Assembly (NCBI GenBank): GCA_040437565.1
Contig: JBDOQK010000060.1
Span: 124,001-188,000 of the forward strand
Direction of reading: 5' to 3'
DNA from: Albugo candida
Lineage: Eukaryota
DNA: 64,000 nucleotides
Shown piece by piece: positions 39,500-49,980 of the stretch (its first letter is position 1; the number at the start of each line of letters is the position of its first letter). The notes under the pieces are model-generated. The model made no database searches. It saw only the letters and a list, made by a program, of their open reading frames with translations, and was not told the DNA's origin. Both the position numbers and the translations under genes were made by a program.

Positions 39500-40590
39500 C
39501 ACCGTCCAATTATGAGTTCAGCGCTACCTGAACGCTTCTGCAACATTCGATAAGGACAAATCCCCGAGTGTACCTGCAAAAAAAGTGCAACGTTGCGCAC
39601 TTTTACCAACTGGTAGCATTCGTGAGCTATCGGAACCCTCGCGTTGTTGGAACTGGTATTCATGTGTACTGCTCCGACATTCTACACAAACGATCCCTGG
39701 ATTCAATATCTCACCGATGGACCAGTGATCCGGATTCCGGGTCATCATTGTCGTTTACTTCCAACCAACGTGATCATATCCTTCTTCCGCTCCGACGTGG
39801 GCATAAAGTGTTGGTCTCAATGGTTCGGAGGTAGATGGCGTGGACTTCTCCATGGTGACATCGCTGAGCTTTCCGTCAANNNNNNNNNNNNNNNNNNNNN
39901 NNNNNNNNNNNNNNNNNNNNNNNNNNNNNNNNNNNNNNNNNNNNNNNNNNNNNNNNNNNNNNNNNNNNNNNNNNNNNNNGTGGAATCCGATCAACATCTC
40001 TTTTTAGAGTGCGATCACACGGCACAATTATGGAGGGAGTTACTCCCTAGTTGGGATCAGTTTTTCTCCTCTCGACCACGTTGGACGCATATTGCATGTG
40101 CAATTGTCTCAACAGCACGGTCGGATTGGAAAGAATATTTAGAGATTATATCAGAATTATGGTTTGCATTGCCAGCGGTGACACTGCACTTCGTCTGGAC
40201 AGATCGGAATCGTCGTTTGTTCGATCAGCGATCAGCAACTCCGACACTTCGAGCACTTTCCGTGATCTACACCACGTTTAGTGCGCACGTTCGGTACTTT
40301 CGAAGACAGTGTTACGACCACGAGAAACGCATTCGGCTTGCAAAGGTGCTGGATCAACTCGCAACGCAAGGATCATTTGGTGGATTTTTCAGAAGCCGAA
40401 GATCATTACTGCGGGTACGGCATAGACAAGTCAAAATACAAGTGCAACTTAGATCCTAGTCCTAGTTGGCTGGTTATGCTCACCGTAGTGTGGCGCCCAC
40501 CAATTTGCAAACTACGGTACTTTTGGACCATTTTTACAACTTTACAACTTTACAGCATTCAAAAGCTGGACACAGTCTCGTATTAAGGAT
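39500..40590 (+). mobile_element. Non-LTR retrotransposon (L1/Tx1-like) 3' fragment
   Basis: ORF 39644-40459 contains ESDQHLFLECDHTAQLW (zf-RVT-type C-terminal zinc module) followed by a W-rich tail (LHFVWTDRN). Boundaries approximate. Confidence 0.75.
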
Positions 40591-43392
40591 GCTGAGGCTA
40601 CTATAATACGAGATTATCAACGAGGGACATATTACCATCTCTCACAGGTATTTCAAGAAACATTTTTTATATGTATATATGTTATTTAAGATAGCCTAGG
40701 CAACTAGAGAAGTCAGTTAGTCTAATTCTAGTAATATAGACACCTTCAACTGAGCTATCGAAACCGTACTTTGCGAGCATGGAAGCGAACCGTGACTAGG
40801 TAGGTGAGACACATAGGTGCATAGTACTGTAGTCGTGTTCTTTGCGTGCGAATGGGCAACATTAATATTGTACAATGTATGTCTTCCTTCTAAAAAAAAG
40901 TATATTTTTTGAGAACATGGAAAAGAACTTTACAGCACCTTACAACTGATAACGATTAGCCTTACCTAGCTAATATGTGCTGTACATTCCATGTTGTGTG
41001 CAAATATCCATGCGATCTTTTCAACACACGGCAAGATTGCACATCTTAGTAAAGAAACCAAAATTATCGTAAAGGCTGAAATTGCCTTTCTTAAGCCGTT
41101 AATTGCAAAAACACATACTGCCAGGGTAACCAGGTTCTCAGAGTGCCCGGTATGAAAGATCACCAATTCATGTAAGCGTCGCTGAGCAACGCAAGCCTTG
41201 AAGCAATTCACATTCTTCTGGTCATCGCCAGGCTCCTTCATCCTTTTTTCTCGATGAACCACGATTCGGCCGTTCCATACATTAGAGTCTCCCAACTACA
41301 AGTCCTCATTTACTTACATCCTATGTTGTGCTGGCAATCGTTCAAGGCTCATCCTTTTCCTGGTACTTACTTCCATAAAGGATGATATAAAAATGCAATC
41401 ATATGGGCGTCGCTCTGATACTACTAGGATTGCTCAGATGCTGAGTCTGTGCTCAAATAAGCTCTCGTTGTATATATGTACAAGCACGCCAAATTTGGGT
41501 GGGAATTGTTGTAGATAAAATTGAAATCGCAATTGCTGCCACTATTTCCTGTCTTTCATTCATCGACTAATTCGGCCTTATTATTCAGCAGCAGTCTTAC
41601 ACTCAGATGATGGGTGAATTTTCTTCTCGCGTAGAAATAGATTCTCCACTCACGATGATCTTGTTTCATTTCCTCCTTCTTGACAAGCAGAATGCCATTT
41701 AATCAATTAGTGGGTTGAGCTCTTTTTAGAAGTGTTTCCTGAACTGAAAATTGTGCGTCTTTCAAATCTACTCCAATAGCTTGAACCTAGCTGTAGTACA
41801 CTACAGAATTATAATGGAGTGTATGCAATGAGAGACTTTGATTTTAGGCATCTAAGCACTAGTCTGTACTACAAGTGCACGCTTTGTATCCGCTCCTCCA
41901 TAGTCCTAATTGCTCTTCATTTTAATTACGTGATTGCTGCAATCTTCGCTCGTGAGTCTCACATTATCCTCAGCATGTCTTTCTCAAGTGTTGGCTACTT
42001 GTACAAGCATTTTGCTTTCTTTCGATGATCTTTTCGATTGACGTTATAAAGTCGCACCCAAGTCCGGAAGTGTTCTTACCAGCAGCTCGAGGCTTCCCGT
42101 TCACCTTTGAGTCACAAGACTGTGATGGTACAACGTGACAATACCTGTCATGCTTTCTTTGAATATTCATTTGGTCTTTTTCCCCATCTCCTTATCAAGG
42201 ACACCCAAGCTCTATTTGAAAAGCTCTCCGAGCAAACCATCCGTGCTTGGACGAATTCTCTGTCAGTTTTGGCAGCAAGAATTGAAACTTCTTGGTTTAC
42301 ATGCAGCTGAGTATGCCATATTTGCTATATTCAATATCGGTCGTCAAACAATCGATCTCACGATCAACCAGTGGAAAACGTTATATGTTTCTCACTGTCG
42401 TATTCACTAAGAATGATATTTGATGCGAATCTCTTTACCGTGCACGTTCCACCCGCGGAGAGGCTGTAGTGTATACTCACCTCAATATTCGGTCGAAATC
42501 AGTTAGTTCGATCCCATGACGATATTGTGCGTTGATTCAGAATATTTTCATGCGGGCCGAAGGGCCGGTGAAGTGAACGCTTCACACATCCACCACGCCA
42601 AGATTGTACCAAGCATTTTGAGTAAGAAACACTGCATCAGAACGAGTGACACACACCATATTTGTTGCACCAAAACGGTGTAATGATCCAGACTCAATGC
42701 ATAGCACCACAATATGGAATTTGAAAAAAAGTTGTCGGGACATCAATACCCATTATTTATTGTTTCAAAAAGCTGTGGGAGTGATAATTTAAGTAGGCAT
42801 GATGTAATTTGAAATGAATATAAAAATGTAAATGTAATTGAATAAAAACGTTGCCGGGATATCAATACCCTTTGTTTACTCCGCAACGTATGCACTCTTT
42901 TTGTAACTACTTCAGAAGATTCAATCCAATGTTCAATATGCGTTTCGACAGGGTAGACTGACAGATCGTAAAGAGTTTAAAAGGTTTTGTCATAATCAAA
43001 TACTCGATCAAGAGTGCACTTATGAAGATTTATCAGCTACAACCGTGTTTTTGCCATACTTGGGGTCAAGACAACGTATCACGGTTTTGTCGGCGGTGAA
43101 TACATAAAATTGATCAGAACAGAGGAGGTCGCCAAATTTTCATTGGGGATTGCTGTAGAAATGGCGCGCGTATATATTGGCGGAGAACGGATATCATATG
43201 ATGTAATGGCTATTTACCAAAACCATAATTTTGACCCTGTCGTTGCTTTGAAAGGTTGCTGGCCTGATAAGGAAGGGCTTGTGAGGAAGAATTACCGCAA
43301 AGATGATCCCATACAGTTGGAAGTAGATGCATCAGGTAGCCCTGATGATATAAATGAAAGAGGCTTAAAAGGGCCCTATTCTATATATGATC

Positions 43393-43646
43393 TGTTAGCA
43401 AACGCGTAGTGTTGGCGGTGGTAAAATGAATACTAAAATACATTTAGGTCCTTCGTTCGCAAACTCTCTTGCTACTCTAAGCCTACTGGATTCTTCGACT
43501 ATACCTTGATGGTTTTCCATACCGCGCATTACTAATCGTATATTCGCGCATCAGAAATCACCTGGCCACGCGGCAGTAATCCTGTGCCGTTACCAACATG
43601 CATGGTGAGATAGCGTAACCTGACTACAGCACAACCTTCTTCACCA
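43393..43646 (-). repeat. 3' LTR of the Copia element
   Basis: 254 bp, TG...CA ends, direct repeat of 48167-48419. Confidence 0.95.
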
Positions 43647-46600
43647 CTCCTCGCCGCTATCGCATCATTGGCACCTTAGCTAGTGTAAACTCAACAGCGG
43701 TCGCAGCCTGGCGAGCTTGTCCTTGTCTACTGCCTTGGTCAATAGTTCAGCAAGCATGAGCTCGGACTGAACGTAGCACGGCTCCAGTATGCCAAGACGG
43801 GCAAAGTCCTTCACAAGCTTGAGGCGCACATCGATATGTTTTGCTCTCAGGGACGAAGCCTCACCCTCAATCTGGTGGATGGCCGCTTGATTATCCACAT
43901 GCATCTTCATGGGCAGAGACGGTTTGAGTCCCACTTTCATCAGCATTTCCCTTATCCTAAGGAGCGCGCGCGCCGTTTCGGACGCTGCCACAAAATCGGC
44001 CCCTATCGTCAAAATCTAGATTCCTCCTTGCTTTTTCGCCGACCAGCTCACGGGTATTCTATTGAACAACACCATCGCTCCAGTTAGGGACTTCCTGCCA
44101 TCCTTGTCCGCTGCGAAGTCTGCATCGCTATATGACTCTAGCGTAAAAGCATCTTCAACATCAGTACCGGTATGCATCTCGATCCTTATATTCTTGCTTC
44201 CCAAAAGGTACCGTGCGATTCTCTTGGCCAATTTCCAGTCTTTCTCCCGCGGCTGATGAGTTTGACTCGTTGCCTTGTGCACCACAAACGTGATGTCTGG
44301 GCGAGTGCACCGCGCGACCCACAAAAAACTTCCAACGAGGGACTGAAACGACCGGATTGACGGTTTTCCAGGTTCTGCGTCCTTCGAAAGAAAAATACTT
44401 TCCGGTCTGGCTACGTCATAGCACTCCTGCCCGATCGCTGTACGCATTGGATTCGACAACGCCAAACCGCGTTCCCGGAGCAACTTGTCCTGATCGAGAG
44501 CATAGGAGTGCGCATCGAGCGCCTTGACTCGAATTACTAGAAAGTTGGACACCTCTCCCAGGTTCTTAATTGACAGCGATTCCTTTGCTGTAAAAAACCA
44601 ATCGACCGAGGTAGCCTTTGTCGCCGTGACTAGGATATCTTCGAAATACACGCAAACTACAGTCATATCATCACCGTCGCGTTTGTAGTACAGGCACAAA
44701 TCACTGATGCACTGTTCAAATCCTGACTCCTTGAGTCTCGTAAGCAACAGCTGGCTCCATAGTCTTCCCGCCTGTTTCAACCCATACAGGATTTTCTTCA
44801 ACTTGATTGCGACTTCACTTGCACTGGACACTCCAAGTTCCTTGAGGTTTTCGTCCTTCATCTTCATGTCTCTTGGTACGTTTAGCAATATCTCCAAAAA
44901 TGCTCCTCCTTGTTAGCCTTTACACAGGCATTTGGAATGTCGCCATGTTTTGCAGGTGCACCCCATGTCGCCGCAAGTCCCATGATCACTTTCATCTTAG
45001 AAATGTCCGTAACGGAGGCGAAAGTCAATGAGTAGTCAACATCGAAGACTTGTTCATTTCCGCATGCAACGAATCGTGCCTTGAGCCGGTCCACTGCACC
45101 GTTTTCGTCTGTCTTGGTCTTGTACACCCACCTACTGTGCAACATTTTTGCAGAGGGTGATAGCTTGATCAAGTTCAAAACTTCGTTGGACTCAAGCACC
45201 TGGATTTCTTCAAGAATTGCCTTTCTTCAACCTTCATCCTTTGGGCTTAGAATCGCCTCCGCGTGCGTCTTCGGGTCAGGCTCGTATACTTGTAGCACGG
45301 TGGCTACATCAATCTTCGAAGACATTCCTTCTTGCTTCGACTTCTTAGTTGAACTACCTGTGGAATAGGGGTCACGCGTCCACTTCTTGAGCTTGCTCTT
45401 GCCCTTTTTCTTGTTTTCACCATCATCAATGTCTTCTTGAGTGATTTTCGAGTCTTCTCGAGAATTTCCGTCATGGTCTTCTCGCTGCACACTGAGTTTT
45501 AGTTGCTCGTTCTGCAAGATCGAAAGCGTTTGAATATTCTTGACGTGTTGCGTCCCATCACGACGTTCTCCTTGAGTATATATACTCTATAGCCTTTAGT
45601 CTCATCGCTGCGCCCGACAATCATGCCAACCTGGGCTCGTTACGCGAGTGAATTTTTAGGTCGCGGTATACGGTACACATAGAACCAGATTAAACGATAC
45701 CGCGTAGGTCTGGAACTTGCTATGTCAGCACCTCGATTGTGAATGCACGCTTGTGGTTCAATTTTGTAGACTGCGATTTAATATGTACGCCCGAGTACTC
45801 AACCGCGTCGCCCCAGAAAGTCAGCGGAAGGTCGCTTCCGAATATCATCGAGCGCACCATATTTAACACCGTCCAGTGCATGCGCTCTGCTTTGCCATTT
45901 GACGCTTGATTTCGCGCCTCGCTGACCTGTCTCGTCACTTCGGTTGTTTTGGATAGTAAATCCATGTTCGGATACTCACCGCCGCCATCGTTTCGAAGCC
46001 CATGTACCCAGCAATTGAAGCGTTTCTTGAACAACGTCAACAACTCCTTGAACTTCCGTGCCGCTTGGTCCTTAGTACGCGCGAGAAAAACGCGACAGTG
46101 GTTACTCTTGTGATCAGATAAATTGACGAGGTACCGATTTCCCATTCGGTCCTTTGGTGTCATCGGTCCTTTTAGGTCCGAGCAAATACCACCACCAATG
46201 CGATCAATCAGTGATTTACCCGTGGTGTCTTTTCTAGGCTGCACCTATTTGGTCTGTTTTGCTTGCGAACACGTGACACATGTCTTTCGTTGATGATCAG
46301 TAATTATTATCTTAAATCCAGGTTCGCGCGCCATTAGTTCAATTCTGCCATAGTAGAGGTGACCTAGGCGTTGATGAAAAATGCATTAGGGTCCCCGCAT
46401 GCACACCTACATCACCTTTCCGCTCATTTGCTTCGTCGGATGTAGTCATACTCTAGCCGGCCTCTTTCGCACCTGTTATCACGTCTTGGGTCTCCAGAGA
46501 TAACACATTTTTATGCATCACCACGTCGAATATAACGTTCTCGGTAGTAAGCGATATAATCGTTCGCCGAGCATCCTTGTATTCGAGCGCGTAGCCAGCC

Positions 46601-48166
46601 GTTTAGCTCAGGTATGCCATAGAACACGATATTGCGAGTCAGAATCGATGCATTGTAGACTTCAGTAAGTCGAATATTAGTTGGTCTTCCGCATGCCATC
46701 ACGCGAAGAACCACACTTCCGACCATTGTTGGCTGAAGCGGTTTTCCATCGGCGACCAAGCTTTGGTCTTCACACTTGCGGGCAACTTTCGAGCATTGCA
46801 CTATTGTTCAGCAGGTTCCTGCCAGAACCGCTATCCAGGATCCATTAATTGTTTTGGGCCTTGGCATCTTGTACACACAGCGTGTAGTAGACAACATCCT
46901 TGGACTTAGTGTTGTTACGCCAAGCTCCCTTGGCATCGTTGTCTCTCTTAGAATTCTTCCTTTCTTCAGGACAGACCGACTAGATGTGCCCTACCTTGCC
47001 ACACCCAAAACATGTGCACGTGTCAACGCGTGGCTTATATTCGGAAACATGGGACACTACGTCCTTACCAAACAAAGCAGCGCTTCGAGTCTCAACTCCA
47101 GAGACTGCGCGAAATGAGCAAGCTCTTCGGCTTGTGCAAGGTAACCAACCCGGTTTCCGTCGTACTTGGCCATAAGTACCTTGTGGAGCTCATTTGATGC
47201 ATTGTGCACAATGTTGTCCCGAACCTACGCGTCAGCGCCACCACACGCATCAATCACCGCCACCAAGTAGAGGTAATGCTAGGGCCAATTCCTCTTGGGG
47301 TCCTTCTTTGCCGTGAACAGTTTCATCGACTGTGAAGCAGTGATAGTAGTCTTGAACGTCTGGTGTAAGCGTTCCATGATGTGCGCGAGAGTGGGAATCT
47401 GTCCCCACCAAGTCTCGACCAGCTTTTTGTCGTACCGCTCAGCGGTACCACTCAGATAGTGCCCGAGCAGGTCTGTCTTCACGTCTTCACGTCTTCACGT
47501 CTTCGGACCAGTCGACGCCACAGGCCGCTTGTGCGTACTGGATCTGCCTCATGAATGTCCTGCCCCAATCTAGGAAACTGAAGCCCAATCCTCTATAAAG
47601 CTCTGAGCCATCAAAGTTTCGAATCGTTAGTCCTCGTTGACGCTCATCCGTCACCCGCATTGCATGTTGAGCATCCGGCTCCATGCGTCGCGCATATTCT
47701 TGCTCTGCCGCACAATCCATGTTAGAATACGGAGTACGAACCGGTGGTGCTGTTTCGCTGCTCGCTATTCTGGCTGAACCATTTCTCTTCCTGCACCATG
47801 ATGTACTATGTTCGGGTGACCTTGGCCAATTCTTGGACGCACCGGTGAATGCCCGAGCGCATCGATATGCATCGGTCCGCAACCGCGACCTTGCCCCAGG
47901 GCTGAGCCGATCATCCTGACTCGATCACGACTATCATCCTTTCGTCTTCATCGCGCTTTAGCTGCAAGACCTCTATCTGTGTCATTCGCGCTTGGAGGTC
48001 GACGAAGGACGCGAGTATTCTAGTGTTAACGTCATCGCCCTTCGTGGACCGTCTTTTCGCCATGAACTACCGCTGGAAACGCCGTGATCCTTTCATGGCC
48101 GGCGTCAAAGCTGAGTGAAGTTGGTGTGCTTGGCGCGCCGGTAAACTAGTCGTTGGGCTCATAACC

Positions 48167-48419
48167 TGTTAGCAAATGCGTAGTGTTAGCGGTGGTAAAA
48201 TGAATACTGAAATATGTTTAGGTCTATAGTTCGCAAATTATCTTGCTACACTAAGCCTACTGGATTCTTCGACTATAGATTGATAGTTTTCCATACCGCG
48301 CATTACTAATCGTATAGTCGCGCATAAGAAATCGCCTGGTTACGCGGCAGTAATCCTTTCCGTTACCAGCATGCATCGTGCGATTGCGTAACCTGACAAC
48401 AGCACACCCTTCTTCAACA
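48167..48419 (-). repeat. 5' LTR of the Copia element
   Basis: 253 bp, TGTT...AACA, adjacent to the PBS. Confidence 0.95.
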
Positions 48420-49459
48420 TGATCCACATGAACGGCATGTAGATGAAGATAATGCCTTGCGTTACTTCAGAGAAATGACTCTGAATGTAGAATTTGGGCC
48501 TTGATGAAAAGTTCGCGGACCGTTCGCGCACGATATCTCTAGAAACAAAAAGCGAATTTTTCGTCCGCGTGGAAGAATGAAAAGCGTCGATATAGTGACC
48601 GAAACTACCCTGTCCTGAAACATACTTCACAAGAGAGAATGAGAAAGGAATCTTCTCATATGTAATATCGGATGAGTGTGAGATGATTTATGCTGGAGAT
48701 AGGTCAGCAGCTCTCGGAAGATCTGATCGAGATGAAACTGAGTTTATGCACTTTCTCCAGCTTTGAATCACAAGGGTTAGTTTTGGTCCTAGAGCATTTA
48801 TCGAAAGAAAGTTCTATTTACGCGATAGGCCCTCCATGCCGAATAATGACATCATGAAATTGTATCACCTGTTCGGAAGACAAAAATTCACCGCTGATGA
48901 TGACCTCGATAAATCTGTACCAGTGACGATGACGATTTCAAGCAGCCCACCAATGCACATCACCCTTCCCACGGGTTCTGTAGTCAATCAAGACAGTCGT
49001 TTTCTTTTTCACGCATGACCNNNNNNNNNNNNNNNNNNNNNNNNNNNNNNNNNNNNNNNNNNNNNNNNNNNNNNNNNNNNNNNNNNNNNNNNNNNNNNNN
49101 NNNNNNNNNNNNNNNNNNNNATCATGAAATTGTATCACCTGTTCGGAAGACAAAAATTCACCGCTGATGATGACCTCGATAAATCTGTACCAGTGACGAT
49201 GACGATTTCAAGCAGCCCACCAATGCACATCACCCTTCCCACGGGTTCTGTAGTCAATCAAGACAGTCGTTTTCTTTTTCACGCATGACCACGTGACAAG
49301 TGGGTGCTGCCTTATAGCTTTCTCAAGGGTTATACCATCATCATCGATAAGAGCGATGGCTATATAAAATACAAATGTATCTTTCCACAGGTGATCACCA
49401 GAAAGAGAAAAGCGCCAATGAGTGTAGACCACGAAGGCCAACCATCAATGATGATGAAA

Positions 49460-49980
49460 ACCACGTGTGAGTTCAGAGGTGCGCGGAAATATCTTGCTTG
49501 CCAAACAAATTTCAGCATATTCAGTAAGTAAAGAGGACGGAGTACTTTGATTTTTGGACTTATTTGATGCTCAAATATACATATCACGTTTACTCCCACA
49601 CATAATTGATATCGTAAGATTTGCTTCGCTTGAGTTCTTTTGTGGCACCATTCTGTACGTCTCAAAGCGCTCCTGCTTGAGGAGTAGTTGTAGGCTTTGA
49701 GAAGTACATGTCTGTCTATGCCTTATTTTGATACTCAAGGCCGCTATCCCTAACAATCGTGCTGACCACTGATGTTTGATGTTGCCATCTATTTGCAATA
49801 TCCAGACTTCATCATTCGCAAATAAGACTCTTGAGCTTTTCTCGACGGAAATAGACTGAGGTAACAGATTTTCTCGATGGAGCATACAGCACCAAAGCAA
49901 GTTATAAACTTGAGGCTAGTTGAGCTAATATCATCCAGCTGCCTCCTTTGATTTAAGAGTTTTTGGGTGGGATTGTACCA
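49460..49980 (-). pseudogene. Family B 3' fragment (B7), convergent with A6 and cut by Copia fragment 2
   Basis: KHQWSARLLG and QERFETYRMVP; DNA collinear with 19240-19745. Confidence 0.7.

Larger units (their letters stand above)
43393..48419 (-). mobile_element. Full-length degenerate Ty1/Copia LTR retrotransposon
   Basis: Gag with CFGCGKVGH knuckle, protease WILDSGS, integrase (SDLKGP, LRNDGGGEY, NGKAER), RT (LYGLKQAGRLW), RNase H (YSDADFA, DNQAA, KHIDVR). PBS GGTTATGAGCCC, PPT GCGGCGAGGAG, 5 bp TSD TGATC. Confidence 0.97.
43022..49460 (+). pseudogene. Family A copy A6, split by a Copia insertion (43393-48419), with a frameshift and stops
   Basis: The 5' part MKIYQL...EYIKLIR...VMAIY...GCWP...IYD joins the 3' part PHERH...; PCWK is replaced by P**K. 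Later MTMTISSSPPMHITLP and WVLPYSFLKGYTIIID follow. Confidence 0.88.

Noticed and set aside
48851-49290. Exact 170 bp duplication in the A6 3' part
   Set aside because: Flanks an N gap; assembly artefact.
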